The notes under the pieces: generated by a model
Seen by the model: only the letters and a program-made list of their open reading frames with translations
Told to the model about the DNA's origin: nothing
The model's database searches: none
Program-made: the position numbers and the translations under genes
Virus record (IMG/VR): IMGVR_UViG_3300035506_000159
Reading direction: 5' to 3' (one strand)
DNA length: 64,000 nucleotides
From: an uncultured virus (IMG/VR IMGVR_UViG_3300035506_000159)
Lineage: Duplodnaviria; Heunggongvirae; Uroviricota; Caudoviricetes
Shown here: positions 9,176 through 18,783 of the stretch, one piece after another
Position numbering within the stretch: the stretch's first letter is position 1
How the letters are laid out: each line of letters opens with the position of its first letter

Positions 9176-9453
9176 TCTAAAATTTTACCATTCTTATCTA
9201 ATTTGCGGGAAATGGGACAGGAATAAATATTCTGATATAGAGATTCCAACTCTGTATTTAGATAATCTTTATATTTTGTTGTTGAACTATCAGAATATTT
9301 TATTTCTTCCATTAAATATTCATAGGTAGCATTAATATCTTCTGTTACTTCTCTGGTACAACCTCTTTTACTTCCTTCAGGAATATAGGTTCCAATAGGA
9401 CAAATGTCACAATTCATATTTCCGCATTTGCCGCATCTAAGAGTAACAAACAT
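9172..9453 (-). CDS. Cys-rich hypothetical protein
   Basis: CxxC pairs, AAGGAGG SD, own minus-strand promoter. Confidence 0.7.
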   Translation of the reverse strand: MFVTLRCGKCGNMNCDICPIGTYIPEGSKRGCTREVTEDINATYEYLMEEIKYSDSSTTKYKDYLNTELESLYQNIYSCPISRKLDKNGKILE

Positions 9454-9587
9454 TAATCCTCCTTTCTTTGTGTCTATTGAAGATATTATATCATATCTCT
9501 ATAGTTTAGTCAAATTCTAGATTTGACAATTGCCGCAATTATATGTTATAATATAAATATAATGTCAAGAGAAAGGTGTATTGGTGT

Positions 9588-10352
9588 ATGTATAATATCG
9601 AAAATGATATTGTAGAAAAGGTAATACGCAATACAATTCATGATGCTTTTGATGCATATGCAGATGAAAGGGATACTTGTAAATTATTTTGGTATATGGA
9701 TGATGATGAATATTATTATGAAGAGAATACTCCTTGCGGCGAATATGTAGGTTCAGGTGTATCTAAATTAGTATTTGATTTTCCGCATGATGTTCCAGAT
9801 TATGTATTTAAACTTCCTTTCCAAGGTGAATGTGTGCTTGAATATGATGACAATGATGAAGTTTGTGATGAAGAATATTGGGAATTTGGATATGTATATA
9901 AGGGAACAAAAGATTATCTACAGGCACTAGATATTCCTGAAAATGACCACTGTGCTTGGGAAGTATTTCTATATGAAGAAGCTAAGAAGGCAGGAGTAGA
10001 AGAATTTTTCACAGAAGTCAATCTATTTACTATGGTTGGTCATAATCATCCTTATCCTATTTATATTTCTCCAAAAGTAGAAGAAACTTGGGAATGTTGT
10101 GATGAAGATTCTAAGACTACATCAAAAGAATCTCGTGATAAGGCAATAGAAATGCAGAAGCATAATGATATTATTTTCTATGATTATAATATTCTCGCAG
10201 CTCTTATTGACCAAACTTCATATGAAAAAGTATGCAATCTTCTAAACTTTATGCGGAAGTTCGATATTTCAGATTTGCATAGCGGTAATATTGGTATAGA
10301 CAAAAATGGTAAGATTGTAATTATTGATTATGCGGGATATGGTGGTTTTTAA
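9588..10352 (+). CDS. protein kinase-like (PKL fold) protein
   Basis: GSGVSK glycine loop, VFK lysine, DLHSGN catalytic loop, IIDY metal motif. Confidence 0.8.
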   Translation: MYNIENDIVEKVIRNTIHDAFDAYADERDTCKLFWYMDDDEYYYEENTPCGEYVGSGVSKLVFDFPHDVPDYVFKLPFQGECVLEYDDNDEVCDEEYWEFGYVYKGTKDYLQALDIPENDHCAWEVFLYEEAKKAGVEEFFTEVNLFTMVGHNHPYPIYISPKVEETWECCDEDSKTTSKESRDKAIEMQKHNDIIFYDYNILAALIDQTSYEKVCNLLNFMRKFDISDLHSGNIGIDKNGKIVIIDYAGYGGF

Positions 10353-10684
10353 TGAAGCTTTATATTAGTCTTGATTATATGGAATATGATATTGAAACTC
10401 GTAATCTAGCAGAAACCAATATCTGTGACGAAGTAGCAAAGAAATATCATGAACCTTGTTCTCCTGTGCCGCACACCGATACTATGATTATTGATTGTGA
10501 GCGACCTGTTGGAGAAAAGGCAGCTCGACTGATTCGAGTTCTCATTAACATGCAATCTGCGGATGCTGTTGTTGTTCCAGATAACTATTATGAATACTTT
10601 ACTTGCCTAGATGATATTGCAATTGCACAGATTTTTAACAAGCCGCTAATCAAATCCAATAGTAATTGGCTTAGCAAGTATTAA
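10352..10684 (+). CDS. DUF4406/nucleoside deoxyribosyltransferase-like protein
   Basis: KLYIS...ADAVVV...IA....KP pattern, degenerate. Confidence 0.4.
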   Translation: MKLYISLDYMEYDIETRNLAETNICDEVAKKYHEPCSPVPHTDTMIIDCERPVGEKAARLIRVLINMQSADAVVVPDNYYEYFTCLDDIAIAQIFNKPLIKSNSNWLSKY

Positions 10685-10703
10685 AAATATTTTAAAATTA
10701 TTC

Positions 10704-10732
10704 TTGACAAAAAATAAATCATATATTATAAT
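10704..10732 (+). promoter_or_regulatory. sigma-A promoter for ncRNAs and TROVE gene
   Basis: TTGACA-N17-TATAAT. Confidence 0.8.
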
Positions 10733-10744
10733 ATAAATATAAAC

Positions 10745-10813
10745 AATGAGTGATGGAAGAAAGAGTTACTTCATTTAGGGAAAATATATACTCTATCTTA
10801 TTATATCCTCATT
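10745..10813 (+). ncRNA. candidate Y-RNA-like RNA 1
   Basis: AATGAG/CTCATT ends pair; AAGAAAGAGT/ACTCTATCTT stem closes a loop starting TACTTC. Confidence 0.5.
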
Positions 10814-10817
10814 TCTT

Positions 10818-10954
10818 TAACGCAATAGATATGTGATTGGAGCATCAGTACGATAACTGATTTTGCGGTTACTTCTATTATAAAAAGGTGAATATTTTCT
10901 AGCCTAAGAAGCTAGCGTGTCACCGCACTCATTGCTTCCATATCTATTGCGTTA
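10818..10954 (+). ncRNA. candidate Y-RNA-like RNA 2
   Basis: Perfect 16-bp terminal stem TAACGCAATAGATATG/CATATCTATTGCGTTA; TGCGGT/ACCGCA closes a loop starting TACTTC; directly upstream of TROVE. Confidence 0.65.
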
Positions 10955-10987
10955 GTTTGGTAAAATACTATCCTCGAAGGAGAATAT

Positions 10988-12412
10988 ATGTCTAAGTTCA
11001 ATAGTGAATATAATGTTTCATCCTTTGAGGGTGGAGCTGCATTTGAACGCGAACCTCTTAAAAATTGGTTGAATACTATTCTATCTTATAATTGTGAAGA
11101 TGGATATTATATGTCCGCACAAGAAAAGATGGATGACTATATTTCTGCTACACGTATGATTATTGATACATATGGTATTAATTTTGTTTGTAAAGCAGCT
11201 AGTTTTTCTCGTAGGGCTATTGGTATGCGTTCAATTTCTCAGTTAACTGCTGCTATACTTAATAGTTATACATTTGAGAATAAGAGACAGTTTTATCATT
11301 ATTTCTGTCGTCGTCCCGATGATGTCGCGGAAATTTTTGGTGCGGTAGATATGCTAGGTAATCGTCGTAGTCATGCTCTTGTGCGGGGATGTGGTGATTA
11401 TCTATCTTCTATTAGTGATAATTATACTCTTGCCAAGTACAAGTTGACTGGCAAGAAATATAATATGTATGACCTTATTAATATTACCCATGCACATAAT
11501 TATGTTATTGATAAATATAAAAATAATACTCTTCCACCTGCTGAAACTTGGGAAAATATTATTTCCAATAGTGTAGATAAAAATAAGGATTGGGTGTATC
11601 TTGTAACCAACAATAAACTTGGTTATCTTGCTCTTATTCGTAATCTAAATAATATCCTTCCTGCTATTGAAGAAGCTGCTCCAAATCAATTTAAAACTAT
11701 TTTAGATGAATACCTTGTTCCCGCGCTTACAAATCAGTGGGTTATACGTGGTTCTCTAGTATCTCCGCTTCAAATCTATACTGCTTATAAAAATCTCAAT
11801 GTGAGGAATTATACTATTATTCATGCACTTGAAGAAGCTTTCTTGCTAAGTACAAGTAATATTCCAAACTTGGAAGGTCTTACTATGCTAGCATTTGATG
11901 TTAGTGGAAGTATGGAACAACCATTTAGTAAGAACTCTTCTCTATCTATTGTAGAAGTGTGTGCAGTTTATGCTGCTGCATTTTTTGTTTCCAATAGGAA
12001 TGTTGATATTATAAAATTTGGAGATTATGCAAAGCCTTGTAATTATTCTCGTCATGATAGTGTTTTTAATCTTATTAATAAATTCAAAGATAACGACGAG
12101 TGCGGATATGGAACATATATTAATTCTCTAATTCCGCACATGGGTGCAATCTATGACCGCGTCTTGCTATTTAGTGATATGCAAGTATGTGAAGCTAGTT
12201 ATTATCACCGAGAACAAGATTTTTATGAGAAGCTTGAAACTATGCCTGAAACTTATGTACATTCATTTGACTTAGGGCATTATAGCTCTCAATGCGTTCC
12301 AAACAATGATCATTTTCATTTCTTTACTTCATTGAGCGATAAGATTCTAGCTTTTATTCCTCTATTGGAAAAAGATGAAATGTCATTATATGATTATATT
12401 CTAAAATATTAA
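10988..12412 (+). CDS. TROVE-domain (Ro60/Rsr-like) RNA-binding protein with vWA domain
   Basis: EGGAAF, GMRS, RPDD, Y.LAKY, TWE, LGYLALIRNL; MIDAS DVSGSM, GT, SDMQ. Confidence 0.92.
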   Translation: MSKFNSEYNVSSFEGGAAFEREPLKNWLNTILSYNCEDGYYMSAQEKMDDYISATRMIIDTYGINFVCKAASFSRRAIGMRSISQLTAAILNSYTFENKRQFYHYFCRRPDDVAEIFGAVDMLGNRRSHALVRGCGDYLSSISDNYTLAKYKLTGKKYNMYDLINITHAHNYVIDKYKNNTLPPAETWENIISNSVDKNKDWVYLVTNNKLGYLALIRNLNNILPAIEEAAPNQFKTILDEYLVPALTNQWVIRGSLVSPLQIYTAYKNLNVRNYTIIHALEEAFLLSTSNIPNLEGLTMLAFDVSGSMEQPFSKNSSLSIVEVCAVYAAAFFVSNRNVDIIKFGDYAKPCNYSRHDSVFNLINKFKDNDECGYGTYINSLIPHMGAIYDRVLLFSDMQVCEASYYHREQDFYEKLETMPETYVHSFDLGHYSSQCVPNNDHFHFFTSLSDKILAFIPLLEKDEMSLYDYILKY

Positions 12413-12519
12413 AATATATTTCAAATTTCTATTGACTTAGGGATATTATTATAATATAATATCCCTAAGAGATTTGGACAAAAGGTTATAAAAAATGATT
12501 AACCACTTTCATATCTAAG

Positions 12520-12660
12520 TGTCCCCTTGTTAACGTCGGATACGTTAACTTGATATATCCCCTGAAAAGTGTATATATAAGTTCCCTTACTTAATATACA
12601 CAAACCCCTTAGAGCTATGTTTGCAGAATTTAACTATTCTATAAGCATAGCTCTTTTTTT
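12520..12660 (+). ncRNA. candidate C-rich sRNA-B
   Basis: Non-coding; hairpins interspersed with TCCCCTT, ATCCCCT, TTCCCTT, ACCCCTT; ends in terminator 12611-12660. Confidence 0.55.
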
Positions 12661-12748
12661 ATACATATTTTCTTCATATACATATTTGACTGCCGCACAT
12701 ATTATATGTTATAATATATATAACAAAGCCAAGAGAAAGGAAAAAGAA

Positions 12749-12979
12749 ATGTTCAATGCATGGGGAGAGCCTGTTATCGGCAATATGTTTTATCCTATGG
12801 TATATACTGAAACGAATAATGAGAACATGCTTAACCTTCTCGACCATCTTTGTAATATGGGAGTTCATGAAATCTCAGCTAATCGTTTTGAATCTCTTCT
12901 TGACGAATATAATGTTGATTGGGACGCACTTGATTCTGATATTCAATCAACTGTAGTTAGCTATATCGATATTGACTAG
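12749..12979 (+). CDS. hypothetical protein
   Basis: Start at MFNAWG after GAAAGG; promoter at 12687. Confidence 0.7.
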   Translation: MFNAWGEPVIGNMFYPMVYTETNNENMLNLLDHLCNMGVHEISANRFESLLDEYNVDWDALDSDIQSTVVSYIDID

Positions 12980-14750
12980 AAAGAAGATGCGGAATATGCG
13001 GCCTAAGTCTCTTTTGACTAAAGAAGATATTGTTACTATGAAAGAATATGCTCAAGCATATGCTGGAATTGATAAAGTTAACACTGATTATCTTATTAAT
13101 CCTTGGGATAAGAATAAGATGACTATGTTTAAGCTTCTTGGTAAGAAGCTTCGTGTAACTGTACCTATTAAAATTACTGTTAATCAACGTCAACAGGAAG
13201 CGGATCTCCGCACTTTTCATAGGGTTCCTTTGACTGGAACTTATGAAAAAGATAGTGGGCATATTTTTATTCGCAGGTTTGAGGAATATTTTTCTAATTT
13301 GCTTACTCAGGGTGTAATTCCAGAAATTTGTCTTGACAGATTTAAGAAAATGTTTTATAATAATAATATTCTGCGTGGTACTTTTAAAGTAGAAGTAGAA
13401 CCATATATTACATATGGAAATCTTGATATGGAAACTCATAATAATTATTATATGTTTATTAACAATAATAAACCAGATAAAGTTATCAAGATTACTAACG
13501 ATACTAAGATTCAGCGTGCTATCCAAAAGCTTTTGAAGTTTTATGATTTTCCTTATATGGATGATTATAATGATTGGAAGAATAAAGTTAGTTCTGTAAC
13601 AACTGTAAAAACCAAGATTCAGAATGTAGTTCTTAGTATTCATCCTCTGGATTTTATGACCGCATCTGATAATAATTGTAACTGGAGTTCTTGCATGTCT
13701 TGGCGTACTGGCGGATATTCTTCTGGTACACTTGAAATGATGAATAGTAATATGGTTATAATTGCATATGTTGAGAATAAAAATGATAAGTTTATGTTTA
13801 ATGAGCATGAACTTACTAATAAATCTTGGCGTGCATTTTTCTATATTCATAAAGATATTATTTGTAGCGGCAAGAATTATCCTTTCCAGAACTATGAGCT
13901 TAGTCAGGAAGTTGTAAAAGTATTGCGGGAAATGGCCGAGGAAAATCTTGGTTGGAAATATCAGTATGGTGTTCAGCAATACTATGACCTTTTCCCATTT
14001 TCACAGAATGACTATCTCCGCAATGATTATAATATTCGTTATATGCACCGCACCTATGACTGGAATCGTCATCAGTTTAATGAAGCTACATATAACTATC
14101 CTAAAAACGAGAAACATTCTATTATCATTAGTACTCTTGGTATGTATAATGATTTGGTTGAAGACCATTCTACTAAGTATTTTTGTGTGCGGAATTATGT
14201 AAAGCATAATCTTTTTCTCAATGCTTCTGGTCCCGCATATTGTCTTTGCTGCGGGCAGAGGATTAATAAGAATGAGAAGTATGATTCTTGTGAAGAAGAT
14301 TTCTTGACTCATGGTCGGCAAAAGTACTGCGAAGATTGTCAGAATAAATATCATTGTGATTGGTGCGGCGGTGTTCATAATGATGAAGAGCTATATGTAG
14401 TGAATTTCTTTCCTTTTAAAGAGCCTAGGATTCATGAAATGTATGCTACCGCAACTAAGATGGTTGTTTGTAAAAAGTGCATAGAATCTGGAGAGATTAT
14501 GTATGATGGTACAAATAATCTTTACATGTCTACAGCTGGTTATTTGTATTATAAAAAGTATGAAGATGAAATTATTGCACATTATAATGTTATAAAAGAA
14601 AATGATAAAGATGAAGAATATTCGTCTTTGCATTTTCGTCGTCATGCATACCATGTTCCTATTGACCATTCTAAAGTAATTTCCGCAAAGGAGGCTATTA
14701 GTCGTGGACTATACTGTGAAACAAAAAATTGCGATTCCCTTTCTGCTTAA
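12972..14750 (+). CDS. large hypothetical phage protein (LSIHPLDF..WSSC motif, C-terminal CxxC pairs)
   Basis: 592-aa ORF; function not assignable. Confidence 0.75.
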   Translation: MTRKKMRNMRPKSLLTKEDIVTMKEYAQAYAGIDKVNTDYLINPWDKNKMTMFKLLGKKLRVTVPIKITVNQRQQEADLRTFHRVPLTGTYEKDSGHIFIRRFEEYFSNLLTQGVIPEICLDRFKKMFYNNNILRGTFKVEVEPYITYGNLDMETHNNYYMFINNNKPDKVIKITNDTKIQRAIQKLLKFYDFPYMDDYNDWKNKVSSVTTVKTKIQNVVLSIHPLDFMTASDNNCNWSSCMSWRTGGYSSGTLEMMNSNMVIIAYVENKNDKFMFNEHELTNKSWRAFFYIHKDIICSGKNYPFQNYELSQEVVKVLREMAEENLGWKYQYGVQQYYDLFPFSQNDYLRNDYNIRYMHRTYDWNRHQFNEATYNYPKNEKHSIIISTLGMYNDLVEDHSTKYFCVRNYVKHNLFLNASGPAYCLCCGQRINKNEKYDSCEEDFLTHGRQKYCEDCQNKYHCDWCGGVHNDEELYVVNFFPFKEPRIHEMYATATKMVVCKKCIESGEIMYDGTNNLYMSTAGYLYYKKYEDEIIAHYNVIKENDKDEEYSSLHFRRHAYHVPIDHSKVISAKEAISRGLYCETKNCDSLSA

Positions 14751-15540
14751 TAGTAGACTAAATGATATTGCCGCAGAATTTAATATTGACTTTGATAATA
14801 CATTTAATAATTTTGATAAACTAATGGAATTTATTGATATGTATCCTGATACTAGGATTAATATATCTTTTGTTAATGGGCTAGATAAGACAATGGCAAA
14901 AAGACTTTCTAGGTATTCTGATAATGTTTATATTAGATTGCAAGCAAGTGATATAGGGTCTTGTCCTACTTTAGCAGAAAACAATATTAAATACTTTTTT
15001 GATAGGTCTGTATCAGCTGGAACTTATGCTAGTCTAGATGATTTTATTGCTCTTGGTGTAACAGATGTATATATTGTTGATGATTTGGTTTATAATTTGA
15101 AAGTTATGCGGAAATGGTCAGATGAACATAATATTAAACTTCGTCTTATTCTAAACAGGATTCCATCTGTTGCCTTATCTGCTGGAATGAATCCAAAATC
15201 ACCTATCTTTAGACCAGATGATATAGACTTGTTCCAAGAATATTTTGATTGTTTTGAATTTGCATTTGAGGAATATCCTGATAAAGTACAACTTGAAACC
15301 ATGTATAAAATTTGGTTTGAAGATAAAAAATGGTATGGAGAACTATCTGAAATAAATACAGATATTAAATTTTCTTTTCCAAATTATTCAATTATTCCAT
15401 TCCATAGGGATTTCAAGTTTAACTGTTGTCGCAAGTGCGAAATGAAAATGAATAATCCATGCCGCAAATGTACTCAAATTATTGAAATTGCTAATCAGCT
15501 TGCTGAAAATAGTATTTCTATTAGTATGGACAATTCTTAG
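14704..15540 (+). CDS. peptidase U32-like protein with C-terminal Cys cluster
   Basis: KLRLILN...FRPDDIDLF..YFD.F, CxxxC...CxxC at C-terminus. Confidence 0.45.
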   Translation: MDYTVKQKIAIPFLLNSRLNDIAAEFNIDFDNTFNNFDKLMEFIDMYPDTRINISFVNGLDKTMAKRLSRYSDNVYIRLQASDIGSCPTLAENNIKYFFDRSVSAGTYASLDDFIALGVTDVYIVDDLVYNLKVMRKWSDEHNIKLRLILNRIPSVALSAGMNPKSPIFRPDDIDLFQEYFDCFEFAFEEYPDKVQLETMYKIWFEDKKWYGELSEINTDIKFSFPNYSIIPFHRDFKFNCCRKCEMKMNNPCRKCTQIIEIANQLAENSISISMDNS

Positions 15541-15617
15541 AAATAAATATAATACATTTTTTAAATATATTGACGAGCGTTATTTTTCTTCGCTGAACCA
15601 AGAAAGGATTTATCCAA

Positions 15618-16382
15618 TTGAGGAATAAAGGAAAAAAAATAACGAGGGTTATAATATTGGCTCTTGTATGCATGTTATTTGTACCTAGTCTAGCATATGC
15701 TAATACTGGAGAACTTCGTGCAAAGTTAAATCTAGTTGAAAATGAAAATAGTAATATATTTGAACAAAAACTAGATGAAGAAAAGACAGAATTTATTGAA
15801 GATGCTGAATCAAAGTTTGATACATGGGAAGAGTATCTTACTAGTACTCAGATTGATTTATATAATGATTTGATTGATAAAGCATTTTCTGCTTCTTCTT
15901 TAGGAGAGATTGAAAATTACAGGTCTAGTATAGATTCTATTATGACCAAGGGAGAAGAGGCAAAAGAGAAAGCAGAGGAACAAGCTAGAATTGCGGCTGA
16001 AGATGCTAAAAAAGCTAAAGCATCTGAAGAAGCTAAAACCGCACAGCAAAGTTCCACCACTTCAAATACACCAACCAATAGCACCAGTGAAAATGAACAA
16101 TCTTCTTCTATTGGTATGACAGGACAACAATTCAAATCTGCGGGAGTTGTCTATATGAATGGTATTAGATATACTTACTATAGTAGTAGGGTATTGTATC
16201 ATTATAGGACTTCTGAGTGGTATGTAGATTCTAACGGCTTTTATAGGACCGCAGATGGGTATTTAGTTGTTGCTTGTTACTTTTTGCCGCAAGGCTCTAC
16301 AGTATCTACTCCTTGGGGAACGGGTATGGTATTAGATAGTGGAGCTGGCAGCAATACAGTAGATATGTATGTTTGCTTTTAA
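15618..16382 (+). CDS. secreted protein, coiled coil plus 3D-like (lytic transglycosylase-type) domain
   Basis: Signal peptide ending AYA; VVA..LPQGS.V....G.VLDSG....VDMY. Confidence 0.6.
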   Translation: MRNKGKKITRVIILALVCMLFVPSLAYANTGELRAKLNLVENENSNIFEQKLDEEKTEFIEDAESKFDTWEEYLTSTQIDLYNDLIDKAFSASSLGEIENYRSSIDSIMTKGEEAKEKAEEQARIAAEDAKKAKASEEAKTAQQSSTTSNTPTNSTSENEQSSSIGMTGQQFKSAGVVYMNGIRYTYYSSRVLYHYRTSEWYVDSNGFYRTADGYLVVACYFLPQGSTVSTPWGTGMVLDSGAGSNTVDMYVCF

Positions 16383-16406
16383 GGTGCATGTTATAAGGGA
16401 GATATA

Positions 16407-16787
16407 ATGTCTATCAAGAATAATGAAAAGAAACTGAAATTTTTATTCATTATTGTTGCGGCAATTATTGTAATTTCTTTGTGTCTTGTTATTTTTTCAT
16501 GTAATCAAAAGCAAACTACTAATATGATTATTCAGCATGAAGAAAATAATAGTAATCCTTCGATAGATGTACAAGGTGATGTTATCTATCATAATATTAC
16601 TATTTATGATGGAAATGGAAGTATTGTAGCTAACTATAAAGGTAAGTATAATGCACTTCGCAATGGTGAAATATTAACCTTGACAGATGATACTAGTAAT
16701 GATATAATTACTATATCACTGGGAGAGAATTATACTATTGTAGATATTGCGGGAAGTGCAAATGATACAATTGCCACTGTTAGTTAG
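16407..16787 (+). CDS. membrane-anchored hypothetical protein
   Basis: N-terminal TM helix. Confidence 0.7.
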   Translation: MSIKNNEKKLKFLFIIVAAIIVISLCLVIFSCNQKQTTNMIIQHEENNSNPSIDVQGDVIYHNITIYDGNGSIVANYKGKYNALRNGEILTLTDDTSNDIITISLGENYTIVDIAGSANDTIATVS

Positions 16788-16795
16788 GAGATATA

Positions 16796-17092
16796 ATGAA
16801 ACCATATGGAATAAATATTAATGCTAGTTTTGTTGAAACAGACAATGGATGTGAAGTTGCAGTTAAGCTCGATGATAGTGAAGGTTTACAATTAGCAAAA
16901 CGAGTTAAAGGCAATGATGCAGAAAAATGTTTGGAAGCTATGTATAAGGTTATTGCCCAAGAAATGATTGTGCATAAACTAGGAGATAATAAGAATTGCG
17001 AAGATAGTAGTCTTGAAGATTACGCTCGTCAAGAAAAAGTGACACCAAAGACTACTAAGAACCGCATTAATATTTTTAAAGATTGGTTTTAA
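16796..17092 (+). CDS. hypothetical protein
   Basis: ORF track, AGGAG SD. Confidence 0.7.
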   Translation: MKPYGININASFVETDNGCEVAVKLDDSEGLQLAKRVKGNDAEKCLEAMYKVIAQEMIVHKLGDNKNCEDSSLEDYARQEKVTPKTTKNRINIFKDWF

Positions 17093-17111
17093 TTTTTAGA
17101 GGAGAAAGATA

Positions 17112-17417
17112 ATGGAAGACATTATTCTTAATGATGGTACTTTTATCTATAGTGAAGAAGGTGTTAAAGATTATCTTTCTTCTCTTGGTTTTTCCATAGA
17201 ATATTTGCGGACCATGTTCTCTGATGATAATAAAATATTTGAACTTGAACAACAGCTTAAAGACAGTGAAATTTATGAAGATGCTCTTTATTGTTCTAAA
17301 AGAGACATGGTACAGGATATTTCAGAAGTATGTGACGATATGAAGTCTTATCTTAAAGGTAAGAAATCTCGTGAATATATTTCCAAAATAGAAGATATAA
17401 TTGAATATTATACGTAA
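17112..17417 (+). CDS. hypothetical protein
   Basis: ORF track, GAGGAG SD. Confidence 0.7.
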   Translation: MEDIILNDGTFIYSEEGVKDYLSSLGFSIEYLRTMFSDDNKIFELEQQLKDSEIYEDALYCSKRDMVQDISEVCDDMKSYLKGKKSREYISKIEDIIEYYT

Positions 17418-17432
17418 GAGCAAGGAGGAGTT

Positions 17433-17564
17433 ATGATTAGTCTAGCTATTGCTAAGGCATATTATCGCCGCATCCATCGTGGCGAAATTACAATTGAAGA
17501 TGTTCCTGAAAAGATGAAGGAACAAGTTCAGGCACTTCTTGATGAAGATAATAAAACTGAATAA
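17433..17564 (+). CDS. CD1375/XkdX-like small tail-associated protein (43 aa)
   Basis: MISLAIAKAYYRRIHRGEITIEDVPEKMKEQVQALL, AAGGAGG SD. Confidence 0.7.
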   Translation: MISLAIAKAYYRRIHRGEITIEDVPEKMKEQVQALLDEDNKTE

Positions 17565-17643
17565 TTATTTGATATAACAGAAGTATTATAAATATTTCTG
17601 TTATATTTTTGTATATATAGGATATATTTAAAGGGGTTTTGAT

Positions 17644-18390
17644 ATGGCTGAAGAAGTTTCAGAATCAATTATAATCAAAGATATTAAAATTAATAACAAT
17701 GGTACATTTCAATCTATTTTTCCAATTGAAGTTAGTCAAGGTGGAACTGGTTTAACTATATCTCCGCAAGCATTGGTTAATTTAGCCAGCACTGATGCAG
17801 TAGATATTTTTACAAGCAGCCCTCAGTTAGGTGTTAGTGGAATTTTACCAATTGCAAATGGCGGAATTGGTAGGTCTTCTGCTCCGTCTATGTTAACAAA
17901 TTTAAGTAGCACTACAGCTGCTAGTCCACTTTCTGCCAGTCCCAGGCCGGGTGTAACTGGAACTCTACCAATTAGTAAAGGTGGAACAGGAAAGACAACA
18001 GCAGCAGATGCTATTTCCAATCTAGGAATTAACAGTTATGTTAACTCAAGTAGTGTGGCATCTGGACTTCCAGTATCATATAGTAATTTAATTAATTGGA
18101 GCTATATTAAGTATAGCAATAATTTTGCTATTTGCGCTGGAGTGTTTTATGCAAAACAAGATACTTCTACTTATAATCCAGCTATGAGTAATTATAGTGC
18201 AACTTTTCCATTTACATTTAAATTTGCTCCAGCAGTAAATATAAACTGTTATATGGATGGATTGAATGTAGCACAAATTAATTATGTTAAATCAACTACA
18301 ACTGACGTTAATTTTTGGGCTAGAAGAGAACAAAGTACAACGGTGGCATATACTCAATGTTACATTATTGTTGCAGGAACTTATGCTTAA
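17644..18390 (+). CDS. tail-fibre-tip-like protein, paralog 1
   Basis: QSIFPI..QGGTG N-terminus, G.LPI.xGGTG repeats, C-terminal YIKYSN..FPFTF domain. Confidence 0.7.
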   Translation: MAEEVSESIIIKDIKINNNGTFQSIFPIEVSQGGTGLTISPQALVNLASTDAVDIFTSSPQLGVSGILPIANGGIGRSSAPSMLTNLSSTTAASPLSASPRPGVTGTLPISKGGTGKTTAADAISNLGINSYVNSSSVASGLPVSYSNLINWSYIKYSNNFAICAGVFYAKQDTSTYNPAMSNYSATFPFTFKFAPAVNINCYMDGLNVAQINYVKSTTTDVNFWARREQSTTVAYTQCYIIVAGTYA

Positions 18391-18403
18391 TTAAGGAGAT
18401 AAA

Positions 18404-18697
18404 ATGAAATATGTAGACAATACTGAGAATCATAATGAAATGCCAGAAGATTTTAATCATGATGATTACTATTTTATGGAAACAATGATTGCAAAACATG
18501 GTGCCTATGATACTATTGATAATGTAACTAAGTTTGCATTAGATGAAGATGATTATGAGTATGTAACTATTTGTAATCCAAAATCTGATCCAATTTATCA
18601 AAGTATGCTAGCGAGTATTCAGCGAGAAGAAAATATTAATTCAATTCCAGAGCTTGATAAAGCCATCTGTGATTTGTATGAAATGTTTGCTGAATAA
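18404..18697 (+). CDS. putative fibre chaperone, paralog A
   Basis: EMPEDFN.DDY, IAK.GAYDTIDNVTKF, D.A.CDLYE. Confidence 0.55.
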   Translation: MKYVDNTENHNEMPEDFNHDDYYFMETMIAKHGAYDTIDNVTKFALDEDDYEYVTICNPKSDPIYQSMLASIQREENINSIPELDKAICDLYEMFAE

Positions 18698-18783
18698 TTC
18701 TTGTAAAAGAAAAGGGGATATAAATGGGGATTTATTTACCTTTTCTTAATAATTAAAATATAATAGAAAGGTAAAATATAGTT

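Noticed and set aside
10745..12660. CRISPR or mini-array in the non-coding repeats
   Set aside because: No direct repeats with regular spacers, only short motifs and inverted repeats
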